Positions 12,382 to 25,900 of a stretch of DNA of 64,000 bases are shown here, piece by piece. This DNA is from Ylistrum balloti. Its lineage: Eukaryota. Both the position numbers and the translations under genes were made by a program. The DNA is taken from positions 124,001-188,000 of the forward strand of contig NW_026782363.1 of assembly GCF_031769215.1 (NCBI RefSeq), in the 5' to 3' direction. Position 1 is the first letter of the stretch; the number at the start of each line of letters is the position of its first letter. The notes below the pieces were generated by a model. It did not search any database and was not told the origin of the DNA. It saw only the letters and a program-made list of their open reading frames with translations.

Positions 12382-13781
12382 CATACATTGTCAATATTTT
12401 GGCACCATGTACAGAAGTGTTTATGGTAATACTTTAGTTTTGAAGCAGAGCTAACACATTAATTTGATTACAAATTTGACTACAACTCATTTAGTCTTGT
12501 TTTCCATTATTCCTTTAGTTTATCACAGTACGTACCAGATAATGATTATACTAGAGTTTAGACAATGACCGCCTCATATAGACAAAAAGGTTCCAATACC
12601 AAAGAATCTGTAAGAACACATATGTATCCATAGCATAATTATTGGCACCATCTAAGACAAAATATAAGCAAATACACTTAAAGTTGGATGAATACAAATG
12701 AACAAGACCATGCTGCAAAATAAGTGTAAGCTTCCAACACTGCTTCACTGTGGTGAATCCATGCACCAGGTGTGCAGTTCAGCTGTTTAGTGGAGACGAA
12801 AGGAACTGATGGACACCATGCAAAATCATAGTCCCAAATGATTCCCTTTGAGGGACTAATTACCTTGACTTGCTTTCAAGTCAAGTTCTGTCAAAAGTCC
12901 TATTAAAGTAGCAAGATGAATTGCTATCAAGGTTGTAGGAATACCAGTGAATGATTTCCACTTCAAAGGACACAAGGCTTGAATTCTTGTCTCCATCCTG
13001 CATTCTGTTTGTAAGGAGCTACATGGCACATCCCTGCTGAGAAACCTATCAGATTTAATCTCGACCAACTCTTTGAAAACACCATGTTCTAATGATGCAA
13101 ATCACCAGTGTTACTTCTGTATCAATGGTTTCATTTCTTTACAAACAAAAACTGACAAACTTTGATCTTTTTGTATATATTTTAATACATTATTATATGG
13201 CAGCTAAAGCAATGTGTTATTCTTGATTAAAAGGATTATTAATGAAATAATTGTGACTGTATGAAACAGAATTCACAGCCCAGCTGGAATGCAAGGTAAA
13301 TATACTGATAACTTAGATATTTCTATTGAATCATTTTTGTAATTTGAAAACTTCTCCAAAATAAATAAATTGAAGAGAAAGAGAGAAGAAAAAAGCATGA
13401 TGCAGGTATGAAAAGAGATACTTTGAAAATTTGATTGTCAATGTTTTAATGTCAGAATTATAGTAATGAGAGTTTCCCTCCAATATATATCCCACACCCC
13501 TTTCTGGCTTATTCAGCATAGTTTATTCTATTAATTTTTTCACAGAAAAAATCTTTAAGCATTATACATACAGGAACAGTCCTGTAAACACAAATGTATT
13601 TAAGATGACTAAAGTTAGAAGGTGTAAATCATTTGTCAGTATAAACATTTGACAACCAATAATAAAAATGAGATTTTTCAAGTTTCAATGGTAGAAATCA
13701 ACTTTTAAAATCATGCTTTATACATAACTTAGTCATAACAGAAGTCATTGGTAGTACACATCTGATTTCTGCTGTGATTAT

Positions 13782-14425
13782 CAATACACAGGAGGGAAAC
13801 GTGACAATACACAGGAGGGAAACATGACAATACACAGGAGGGAAACATGACAATGCACAGGAGGGAAACATGACAATGCACAGGAGGGAAACATGACAAT
13901 ACAGAGGAGGGAAACATGACAATACACAGGAGGGGAAAATGACAATACACAGGAGGGAAACGTGACAATACACAGGAGGAAAATGTGACAATACACAGGA
14001 GGAAAACATGACAATACACAGGAGGGAAACATGACAATACACAGGAGGGAAACATGACAATGCACAGGAGGGGAACATGACAATGCACAGGAGGGAAACA
14101 TGACAATGCACAGGGGGGAAACATGACAATGCACAGGAGGGAAACATGACAATGCAAAGGAGGGAAACATGATAATGCACAGGAGAGGAAAATGACAATA
14201 CACAGGAGGGAAACATGACAATACACAGGAGGGGAAAATGACAATACACAGGAGGGAAACATGACAATACACAGGAGGGAAACATGACAATACACAGGAG
14301 GGAAACATGACAATACACAGGAGGGAAACATGACAATACACAGGAGGGAAACATGACAATACACAGGAGGGAAACATGACAATACACAGGAGGGGAAAAT
14401 GACAATACACAGGAGGGAAACATGA
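13782..14425. repeat. 23-bp minisatellite, about 28 copies
   Basis: Unit ACACAGGAGGGAAACATGACAAT. Confidence 0.97.
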
Positions 14426-16509
14426 GACAGTATCAATATAGGAGATCCTGGTCCAAACCTAATACTCTTGATAGTTTGATTTGTTAAAGAAAACATTGCA
14501 AGATAATCTTATGGCGTTTTAAGACTAGATCACTTGACATTTTTTCCAAATTGCTGCACAACATTTGATTTCAGACATGTTAATTAGTTTTGTTACTGTA
14601 GGTAATGTCTGTCGTAACACTAACAGAAAAATTATTGTTAGTTTGTCAAAGAAATATAAAAAAGGATCTAACCACAAATAATAATGGAAATACACAGTTG
14701 ATGGCATTAATCACAGTTCATTTCAAACACATTCTGAAAGAAAATGTAGACAACTTAAAACATAACAGAAGCACCTTGAACTTATAAATCAGTGTTTTTA
14801 AAAAAATATCTCCAAACATTCCAGATATAACCCTAGGTCAGTGAAGAGTCACAGAAACCACACTTCACAACAAAAATCTGAAATTATCAATATTCGTAAA
14901 TCTTAACTTAGAGGGCAGCAAACAATTTTTTATAGACAAGCTGAAGCTGAAAACTTAACAGGAATGGCAAGGTGACTAGAAAATGTATATCATTTTCACC
15001 AATTTGAAAGTTATCCATTTTTTAGCATCAAAATCCTTCCTAGAAGGAAAGTAAGACTGTGTCATTATTTACTGACACACAAACTAATGTAATACTCACA
15101 CAACCAAACTATGGAGAAAAACTGATAATTCTATTTCAGCATAGAATATGTACAAGGCATCGGATAAAGTATCACAAATGTTAATAACATTTCAATATTC
15201 ACAGAATCTCTAAGCTGCTAAACATGAAAAACTAAAGCTAAATCTGTTCTACTGGATGGGCACTTTTTGTGTAATAGTTCAAACATCAAGACTACTACAT
15301 ATAGTTTAACATCAATTTATACATTTCTCAGGAATTGAAATTTACAATACAGATTTTGATATTATGCTTTAATTTATGGCCATTTTACTACATTTCTAAA
15401 GCTATAGAGGTACTACAGTATATAAAAAAAAATTTTTAATTGGACCAAATGGGTTATTATATATTGTTTCCAGACGTTATACATTATCAACAGAAACATA
15501 ATTCACATTTTCTCTATTGACTTAGTAATTCAACTAAGAATCTTTGAGTAAGATAGAAAACATATGCAAGATTATAGCCAATAAATATGACAAATATGTT
15601 AAAAAAAAGTATGATTTCCAGGAGTGACAATACAGACTTACTGCTGAATATCTGTCCTCCCATGGGGACAACAGATTGTATAGATCAAATACATTTAAGT
15701 ATAATGTGAAATACTGTGAAAGTATGACCTCATATCTCTGCCAAGCCCCCAAAGACAATATGAAATTGAAATAATAAAAATTTGTTATACATTCATATAT
15801 TATGAACTGAACATAAAATAATTGGGTCAGATTTAAATAAAACATGAGTAGCTATAATTTTAAGGAATACAAATGACACAGATATTTACAATTTCTACAG
15901 TCCACTAGAATGATTTTAAGATGAGAAAGAGTTAAGATTTAAAATAGTTCACACACTCCTTGTTTCAAATATGCATTTTATCTACATTTACAATGCATGC
16001 AAATATGAAAGGTCCTATATTGTAAGCATTGGTGCAATCATGTTCATTGAAAAAATTATTGATGTATTTGAGCAAATCACTGAGAAAGTCAATCCTTCAC
16101 CGCACTATCTGATAATGATATAAAGCAAGAGTATCTAGCCTCAAGGCAGATTTCAACAATTCTTCAAAGCTAATGTAGAAATATTCACGAGCCCCAGCAT
16201 CACTGAGAGTCCTGCATTCATGAGCTGTGACATTTCTAAAATCTGAAAGTCCTTGGCATGTGAAAAGAACGCTAATGTAGTTAAATCAACATATATTGAA
16301 ATAGTCACCAAACAATCCACATTACAACTTATCCAACATGGAAATAGATGGTATAGGAGAGGCACACAAACACAATGCAGCATTTAAGACTGTCTGTTTT
16401 TAAGCAATAATATAATAATGGAAGGCAAAAGATTACCTTAGCTTCATCAGACAAAAAAGAAAAAAGACACAACACACACATAACACACTCACTTTGAAAC
16501 ATTAATATG

Positions 16510-16515
16510 TTTATT
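16510..16515 (-). terminator. Candidate ARHGAP11A polyadenylation signal (AATAAA) with downstream GU-rich element
   Basis: TTTATT on the plus strand; ACACAACACACAC at about 16465-16490 reads as a GU-rich tract just downstream on the minus strand. Confidence 0.55.
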
Positions 16516-16964
16516 CCAGTAACTTATTCCTAGCACATGTTTTTATCATGATTTTTGTATCATTATAAGAATTCTATAGCTTTTTCATAAACATTCCAAT
16601 AAAATAATAATATATAGAATCCAACAAATAAAATCCAATGTGAGATAAGACAGCACCAAACCAATGAAAAACTAGGTACAAGGGAAATAACTCCAGCCAG
16701 AAAGCAGAATTGGTATACTCAATAGACCAATAGGTTTTTAGGCATTGTCCATTTCTAACATAATCCTGTTGATCTGAGGTCTGTATCTACTTCATGATCT
16801 TAACAATAAATTACCCAGAAAGCATTATAATGAAACCAATAAAATGAATTGTCAAGTAAAAAACTCCAACAATCCTAAAGCAAGGATGACTATATACATT
16901 ATCACAAAGTTCACATACAAAATATTAAAAACACCCACTTACATAAGGCTTCTCTTACAAATAG

Positions 16965-17775
16965 TTGTGGGTGGAGCTAAGTTGAACCCTGCTTTGTTGC
17001 CCAGGAGATGGGTGTCTGTGTGGTGTATTTTAATGGACAGACCAACTCACACACTGCTGATATCTCCCTGTAGATGATGGGAAATGGAGCTAAGACGAAT
17101 CATTTCGTTTACAGATATATGTCAACAGTGTAGTTAATGGAGAGACCCACTCACACACTGCTAACATCCCCCATGGTGCTGGAGCAAAACTGAATTCTGT
17201 TTTCTTGTCTGTGTGGTGAATATTACTGGAGAGACCCACTAACACACTGCTAATAATACCCCCTATAGATGGTGGGGAATGGAACCAAGACAAAACCTTT
17301 TTTGTTTCCCTGATATGTTTGTGTGTGGTATAGTTAATGAAGAGAACCAATCACACACTGCTAATATGCCCCTGTAGATGATGAGGAATAGAACTGAAAT
17401 GAAACCTGTTTTGTTTTCCAGATATGTGTATGGTATATTTTACTGGAGAGACCCATTCACACACTGCTAATATTCCCTTGGGATCGTGGTAGGTTGACAA
17501 ATGTTGCACCTTATTTTGTTGCCCAGGAGACGGGATTCTTAGAAGTGAATTTTACTGGAGACCCAAAAACACACTGCTAAAATCCCTCTGTAGTTGGAAC
17601 TAAAACAAACCCTGTTTTGTTTTCCTGATATGTTTGTGTGTGATATAGTTAATGAACAAAACCAATCACACACTGCTAATATCATCCTGTAGATGATGGG
17701 GAATGGAGCTTAGTCGTATCTTGTTTTGTCGCCCTGGAGATGTGTGTCTTCGAGGTGTGTTACGACAAGGAGATC
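16965..17775 (-). repeat. Degenerate tandem repeat of about 90-110 bp spanning the ARHGAP11A stop codon and 3' UTR
   Basis: Core CACACTGCT(A/G)A recurs near 17047, 17151, 17240, 17351, 17457, 17567 and 17666. Confidence 0.9.
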
Positions 17776-19921
17776 CTGGGGATCCAAGACGTTTCACTGG
17801 TTTTACTGGGGAACATGGTGACTTTGATATGCTCCTGTTGATGTGTCGTGGTGTATGTCCTCCAGATGTCCTCAAAAGCACACGCTGACCAAGGTTTCCT
17901 GGTAGGATGGGCAATTTGATGCTGGGTACCTTTGATGACCTGGCATTTGTTGGTGTAGCATCTAAATCTAATGAATTAGATGGTTCTGTTTTTTCACCAA
18001 GAGGTGTACAAGAATCCTCTTTTGGATCCCTTAAATCACCCTGGTGTTTTGGTGTGTGGTCACCTTCATTGTCAGAGCTGGAGTTTTCCTTGTTTTTCAC
18101 AGCTGTGTCGTCTGATATATCCATGTCTTCAGTAATGCCAGGAGTTGGGACTGAACTACTGACAATGGACCTATCCTTTGCATAGTAGATACTGGGCTTT
18201 CGTGACAGACAATTTGAAGCACCAGAGGATGATGGCCTTTGTTGCTGTTTTGATGCCGCTGACTCAGAGGGTTTCAAAAGATGTGTAGAAATTGGCAGTC
18301 TAGCTTGACCTTTCCCTAACTTTGGGTTGACTTGCACAATGTCTTTCATACAAGCAGCTTCTTTCTCACTTTTGGCAAAAATTGTTGGTATCCTAACAGG
18401 AGAGCAGCCCCTTTTGCGTGTCACAGAATTGGCAAATCTGTATGGTGATGCATGACGATCTACAACATCTGTCTCCAGACTTTTCACACAGTGTTTAACT
18501 TTGCCAGACAAGTTTGTTTGCAGCTCCATGATGCTTTCGTGTTTCGGGATGGCCGTCTCTGCATGTTTGAGAATATTTTGGGGCGGACCCATCACCTGAA
18601 TGTCCTCTCTTGATGCGTCTTTTTGTTTATTTCCCAAGTACCCTGCCCTTATTAATAGGTTATGTGTCTCAGACGAAATCTGAAGGTTTGGGGTGTGGTT
18701 TTGAGTTTTCTTAGACACAGAATTTACATGAAGGCTATGAGATCTGCTAACACTAGCTGTCATTGTTTTCATATCTAAAGATGAGACAAATCGTCTCAAC
18801 TTTTGATCAGTATTCTTGACCTCAGGTTTGGTTGCACAAGTTGGATTTATTGTTGTTTCTGAAGCAAGCTCATTATTGTTCAATTTACTCTCACTTTCTA
18901 CTACATTACTGGTCCTAGCTTTAGAATTGTCCGTGTTTTCTAAAACACCTATTTCTTCCAACAGGGATCCTTTCCCACTGTCTGTGGATATAGATCTTGG
19001 AAAATTTTTCTTCTCATTTTTCGGTGATGAAGGCGAAGAATCTGTTTGACCACTAAGTAAGCTATCCATACTCTCACGGGAAATAAATTTTGTGCCTTTC
19101 ACTTGGCTGTCCTCTAAAGATAAATTGTCACTTGCTGGAGATTTTGAATCTGTCGTTTCCATGTATGAAGCAGTGGCTTCTGTATCACTACTACTACTCA
19201 CTGGATTTTCATCAGTAATTGAATTACTTGTTTTTTGGTCCGACATCACTTCTAAAATGTCCATTGAGTTATCTTGCTTGTCTGGTTGCGACTGACTTCC
19301 TTCTGAGCTGTCTCCAAGCTCAATCATGTTCACATAAGCTGATGTATCAGGTATGTATAGTGGAACTGGCTCACCGATCTCGGATTTATCCAGACCAAAA
19401 CTACGCCTCAATTTCATCACATTGTCTTTTTCACCTTGAAGTAAACCAGCCTTAAGAGAATTCGGCCGCCCACGCCTCAGCGTTCCACGTCGCTGAAGCT
19501 GGTGATCAGGATTAGAGGAAAGGGAACGCTGGTGATGTTCGTTTATGGACTCATGTCTGGACATATCATTGACAGCAGAGTCAGATAGGCAAGAACGCGG
19601 CAATAGGTCAGAATTTTCTACACAAGAAACATTAGCACTCATAGTTGACATATCTCCATCTTCATCAATAAAGCCCTCATTTAAGGAGTTAGTGTCTTCC
19701 TCTGTTACTGAAAGTACAGATTGCTCTGGTAAAGTTGGGGAGAGGACTGACTGATTCACTATGGCTCTAATAGGTGACTGGCCATTAGTAGTGTCAGAAG
19801 GCTGGCTGATGTCTGTTTGGTTTGAATGGTCTGTACAATCCTGTTTGTTTACCTCTCGAGCAATGGCTAATCTCTCACCAACCTGCCTGGCCTGTGTAGA
19901 TCTGGGACACTTAGGAAGCTG
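17666..19921 (-). CDS. ARHGAP11A: ARHGAP11A terminal exon (about 750 aa disordered tail)
   Basis: 754-codon non-repetitive ORF with TTTCAG|CAG acceptor, in phase with exon 10, ending ...DDISSV*. Confidence 0.92.
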   Translation of the reverse strand, partial: QLPKCPRSTQARQVGERLAIAREVNKQDCTDHSNQTDISQPSDTTNGQSPIRAIVNQSVLSPTLPEQSVLSVTEEDTNSLNEGFIDEDGDMSTMSANVSCVENSDLLPRSCLSDSAVNDMSRHESINEHHQRSLSSNPDHQLQRRGTLRRGRPNSLKAGLLQGEKDNVMKLRRSFGLDKSEIGEPVPLYIPDTSAYVNMIELGDSSEGSQSQPDKQDNSMDILEVMSDQKTSNSITDENPVSSSSDTEATASYMETTDSKSPASDNLSLEDSQVKGTKFISRESMDSLLSGQTDSSPSSPKNEKKNFPRSISTDSGKGSLLEEIGVLENTDNSKARTSNVVESESKLNNNELASETTINPTCATKPEVKNTDQKLRRFVSSLDMKTMTASVSRSHSLHVNSVSKKTQNHTPNLQISSETHNLLIRAGYLGNKQKDASREDIQVMGPPQNILKHAETAIPKHESIMELQTNLSGKVKHCVKSLETDVVDRHASPYRFANSVTRKRGCSPVRIPTIFAKSEKEAACMKDIVQVNPKLGKGQARLPISTHLLKPSESAASKQQQRPSSSGASNCLSRKPSIYYAKDRSIVSSSVPTPGITEDMDISDDTAVKNKENSSSDNEGDHTPKHQGDLRDPKEDSCTPLGEKTEPSNSLDLDATPTNARSSKVPSIKLPILPGNLGQRVLLRTSGGHTPRHINRSISKSPCSPVKPVKRLGSPGSPCRNTPRRHTSPGRQNKIRLSSIPHHLQDDISSV

Positions 19922-22900
19922 CTGAAACACACAAACGAATTAAATACACATGTTTTACCACCTTGCATCATGATATCAATTGTTTGTAACTTTTTCACTT
20001 CAGATCAACTATAAAATGTTTGAATGAAATCAATTAGATGGGTGATTGGTATTAAAATGAATGATCATCAAGTGCTCTGTATGAAGCAGTGGCTTTTTAG
20101 TTTAATATGAAATCTATATCCAATTTTACACATATAGCAGAAGCAGTGCTTGTGACAGAATATAAATATGTACTTGTAAAGATAAGTGTATACACTTAAG
20201 TTAAACAAATCTGTTGTTGAAGCTCTAATAAGAATTTCATTTATATTTCCAACAGTTTTGATTCCAATGTCCTTCCTAAGATCTGGAGACTATTTTTTTT
20301 TAACAATAACGAACATCAAGCTATAAGAGATTCAGTCGTGGAAAAGGATATTATCTAGGCAAATACTTTGTATGTGAATTTCTAGTTGTTGAGAAATGAA
20401 TTGAACAATTAATATTCTTAACAATAAAAATAAAGATGGATAATAATACTAAGCCTCTTAGAATTTTAATAATAATGTTAGGAGTTCCTTGTGAGGAGTT
20501 CCTTAAGGTGTAACACCTAGAGTTAACACTGTAGAAGTCTTTATTATACAGGTATATACAGCAATTATGGCAGTATTAATCAGCAATATTCTTTAAGATA
20601 TACTCATCAAATCAGGAAAACACAGACAAATATAACATCCAAGGCAATGGCCATTCCTTTCTTGCTTGATTAACTGAGCATTCAGCACTACAGGCTTTGT
20701 ACATTAACAATTTTACACATATCATTTTACATAAAGTAGCACAAATACATGCTGTACTGGCATTCATTATTTATGAGAAACATGCATTAAATGTATGGAA
20801 TTATATGTTTAGATACAAGCTATGTAGATTAATGTGTATATTTCTGTTTAAGCAAGGTGTACAATATATATGAATATTTGAGTGTATTTATGTAAAAGCA
20901 AGGTGTACAATATATATGAATATTTATGAGTATATTTATGTAAAAGCAAGGTGTACAATGTATATGAATATTAATGAGTACCGGTATATTTCTGAAAAAA
21001 AAAGGTGTACAGAGTGTAAATAAGTACCTTGTCCCCTTTTCCTCCAGAAAGTCTGCGGAACAGACCTTTACACTTGCCCTTTTTGTTGGCAGCAGACAAG
21101 GATATATTGGAACCTGAGGGGAGCCTGTAAAGGGAGCGACAAAAAATAATGGTCACCATGTCTAATTAAACAGGATAATCCAGATGTTTAAAGCCTTGTC
21201 ACTGATTACTGTACATCACTTTTAATGAATATTTTATTATGCGAACTCAATTCTGCAGACATGTTCTTACTAATACATGATTTCGTGAACACTGATCTAG
21301 AAATTCATGCATAATATGCTATTAGATGTACTTTGGAAAACCCCTTTCAGCAATCAATAGCTTCATCTTTGCCGCCATTTTGTTTATGAGTCATGTGACT
21401 ACACCTGAAAAGTGATTCAGTCTTGTGATACATGTTGTGTCCATACTTAATTGTATTAACCAGAGAAGAGCTGGTATGCAGACAAAAGAAATAAGCATGA
21501 ACACCACATACGCTTTGATGTTTGAAGAGTGAAGCGAGTTGATTTTAAGGTAAGATTAGAGGACTTTAATAGGCCAGATGTACTGTGCAGTTTTTCAGTA
21601 ACGCTTCATAACATGTTTACACTAATCATACAGTAAAGTTGGTTGTTTATCATACTTTGATAGTTTAAACCAACAACAGACCTGTGCAAATTTTACTATT
21701 TTGATAAAGTCACTAAATTCTTGAAGATTAAGTTCATACAAAAACTTCCTCACACAATTGTATTGGTATACAATGTGACCTGACTGAAGGTTAAAGATAT
21801 AAGACAAATGTTCTGCTTAATATCTGATCAGCCATAATAACAGGCATCATATCATTAAGGTTAATTTTTTGATAGACGAAATATGAAAGTATCAGTAAAA
21901 CTGATGAATGCTTCCGGAAAATAAATTAATCACACAAAAAAGATAACAAAGGGTAATAACTCTGCAATTAAGGGGTTTTAAAATTCATTCTCTTAGTAAG
22001 AGCAATGTACACATCAATTCTCTATCCTAGTTCTAAACAATAACAAATGGCAATAACTAAGGTGTTGTGTGAAATTTGTTAGATTGCACATCGTCTAATT
22101 AAGTTTTATGTATATATCAAGTTTCATTATCCTAATTTAATTAGTTCAGGCCACAAAATTTTAACAATAACAAATGGCACATGCAACTTAGTATAAGGTG
22201 TTGTGTGAAATTTGTTAGATGCAGTGACTATTTGCTCCTATTTTCAAGGAGCATAGAAATGACTGAACAAATCATGAAATCGCAAATAGGTTTCTTCATG
22301 AACTGTAATTCAAAGTGGTCAGGCTGACTTATGAAAACTCGTGATACACTGATGGTCCACTTAAAGTTTGATGAGTCAATTTGGATATTTCGATTCACAC
22401 TCATCACAGATTTGTAATATCAGAACAGTAACTATTGTAGAATTCCTGGAATAAATTGATTTCCTATCCTTCATTTCATTTCATGTATTCTGGTCAAGAC
22501 TAGTATCTGTGATCAAAAGGGTGTTGTGACTGAAACCAATATTTTCATTGATCGAAATAAAAATAAAATCAGAAATTAAATTGTGAATAACGTGCTTTTT
22601 CATAAAGAACTCAGGAAACAGTATTTGATATATATTTACAGTTATATTGCAGAGCAAGACTACCTCATGCAATACATTCCAGGACTGACTTTCTCCATGA
22701 AAAAAGACTTTTGATCATGCTGTGACTACCAATCATGGTGGTTTATTTCAGCATCTTTATAAATCTTGCCAGGCACCTTCTATAAATAGCATTAACATTG
22801 ATTAAGATTATATTTAAAGTGTCATGAACAAGATGATTTCTCCAACCCGTATGTCCTACACCACATGTTAAATGTTTCCAGAGTAAGGCACATACCTTCA

Positions 22901-25900
22901 CCGATTATAAGCCATTCCCAGATATATATTTGTGTTAAAGATGTTGCACTTACTTTTTACCCTTTCGATTATTGCCAGGACTGAACAGGTTAAGGCGTTT
23001 CCTTGTGTTTTTGCCTGCCTGGCAGGGTGTAGCACTGAAAGCCAGCTGCTCCTTGCTGCTGAATGCTATGTTGGGAGTGTTGAGGGTTCCTCTTCTCTTC
23101 ATCTCTACAATAGCATCTGTAGTATTAGCAATATCATCACTCCCCATCATTTACACCATTTTCTGCTAATCTTAACATTTAATAAAAATTGTTGAGACTG
23201 AAGGTTAATAATTATTTTCTTTTATAACAAGAGGCCTAGTGACCTTGACAGTCACCTGAGATAAGCAATAATGAATATAAAGTTTAAAGGATAGTTATCT
23301 AGAGTCATGAAACAGAAACTGTGACAATGAATTTAGTAAGCCAGTGTCAATACATGCATACCATCAAAACTGTAATCCTATACCGATAATTCTTATAAAG
23401 TTATTTCAATTGGGAAATAACCAACGTTATGCTACAAAATGCAATTTTTCTATGAAAAATTACAGGAAAGTCTAAAGGATGCACAATGGATGCTGCTGAA
23501 TGAAGGGTATCAGAATAGGTCACCATTAAACTTTGTCTCAGGTGACCTCTACAGACACACCACCTTGGTATACCACTACAGACACACCAACTTGGTGTAA
23601 CACTACGCCAACTTGGTGTAACACTCACACTACCACTACAGACACACCAACTTGGTGTAACACTACAGACACACCACCTTGGTATAACACTACAGACACA
23701 CCACCTTGGTATAACACTACAGACACGCCACCTTGGTATAACACTACAGACACGCCAACTTGGTGTAACACTACAGACACGCCAACTTGGTTACACACTA
23801 CAGACACGCCACCTTGGTGTAACACTACAGACACGCCACCTTGGTATAACACTACAGACACGCCAACTTGGTTACACACTACAGACACGCCAACTTGGTT
23901 ACACACTACATACACGCCACCTTGGTGTAACACTACAGACACACCACTTTGGTGTAACACTACAGACACGCCAACTTGGTTACACACTACAGACACGCCA
24001 ACTTGGTTACACACTACAGACACGCCACCTTGGTGTAACACTACAGACACGCCACCTTGGTGTAACACTACAGACACGCCACCTTGGTGTACCACTACAG
24101 ACATGCCACCTTGGTGTAATGCTTCACACAACAAGTCAACAAGTCAGTAAGATTATATTAACTTTGATTTTGTCATGTAATAATTCAAGGATGCAAAGAG
24201 GGTATGTTTACTAATATTTCAATAGTGCAAACCTTAGATTTTCAAGATGTTTCATAGGACTCTGTCAATAAGAATAAGAATCACAATAATATATAAGTAT
24301 TAAATCTACTGGATTTCTATTTAATAACGAAAATATTTATCAAACTGTAATGGAAAAACACTGGAGAGTTACTGACCATTAATGTCCATTCTCTTCACTC
24401 CTGAGGCTGGAGTAAAGGGTGTGTTGGCCAGTGTAGCCTGGTTAGGCAGGTTCTGCAGGATAGCTTTCCTGAAATGTACAGCATCTTCGTTAAACTGTAT
24501 CAGCCGTTACCTCACTGATGTGTTATATTTGAATGTATTGACCAAACACTCAGTGAATGTATATACATTTGGATACTGATCTGGCTATCTGAATAGTTGA
24601 AAAACTGGAAAACTTGAAAAATATTTGATAATAATAAAACACCATAAACGAACTATGACAGTCTTCTAGTGAAAATGTTTTCTCAAAACCTACATTATTC
24701 AGTTTTACTATCGAATGTGTGATTAGTTTAACAGAACAACAGTTCTGATTGAAAATGAATTTCATTGTACTGAAGACAAACTATAAAGTACTTTTTGTGA
24801 GCTGAGAAAGGCAGTGTTTCTCCCGATGCTTTGCGCTTTCTCATGACTACAGGTGTAGCCATACACTCAGCGTCTGTGGGAAGGCAGGTTGGGGCTTGGG
24901 CCACAGTACTCTGGTCGTGAGCCATGCTTGCATGACTCATGTTGCTGTATGCACTTGTTTGACTCATGTTACTGGCCTGACTCATATTTCCAGCCTTCCC
25001 ATCTGTACTCTTCCTCCACTTGGTAATACTCTGTGCAATGGTACTCACAAGACCTGTTGTACATACATACATAATTAATCACACAGATATGAACTGTCTG
25101 TGTTTTCATTCATGTTACAAAAATTTTAATGTTTTCTGATGATGATTGTTCATCAACCATTCATTGTAGTCACTGTTAAACATCCAGTAGATCTACACGC
25201 CCATCCATCTCCTTTGACACCTGTTATAACACCAGTATATGAGCTTGGTTAGCAAAGTATGCATAAATATCAACATCTTTATAACATATAGTCCATTCTT
25301 CATAAACACATAAATATCAATGTTTTCTTCTAGGAAAATAGTTAATATCTATCTGATAAGGAGATTTCCAGTATTTTAAATTTCAAACTGATCATCCCAT
25401 CCTACAATAACACTATGGCATCAAGATGTCATGTTTGCGTGGAATCTAAAATCATCCCATCCTACAATAACACTATGGTATCAGGTATTATTATGTCATG
25501 TTTAACAATAATCCAACCATTTATCTGGATGTTCTCTTCACAAAAATTTCTGGAGTCGCTCAAATGAGTATCTCACTGGACCCAATTTTCTGTAATATTT
25601 TTGGGAACTCTACACCTAATTGAACACCCATATTTTTATGTGCCCTTAATGTTCTCAGAAGCTCAACCAATGTTTGGAACACAATATTTTGATCACAAGA
25701 TTGTGCTCTCTATTGAAATCCTTATAGGATTATATATTCTGCATCAAAAGTCAGGATTAAGACACCCTAAAAGAATTGGAAAAGCAAATACATGAAGACA
25801 TACATCTACTTAGGCATGTTCAAAAAATTAATAATCTTGGGCTCTAATTACCCTGAAATGATCCTGAACGCTTTCTCTTTTTTTCTTTCTTACGACAGTC

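Noticed and set aside
12856-13068. 70-aa minus-strand ORF ending at a donor-like CAAG|GTAATT
   Set aside because: No recognisable homology and no partner exons; lies beyond the inferred ARHGAP11A poly(A) site
13698-14496. Cys-rich ORFs of 209-255 aa
   Set aside because: Translations of the 23-bp minisatellite in all three frames, with no splice context
23533-24150. TTDTPPWCN repeat ORF (205 aa) and its antisense ORF
   Set aside because: A 27-bp array within an ARHGAP11A intron; openness follows from the unit length
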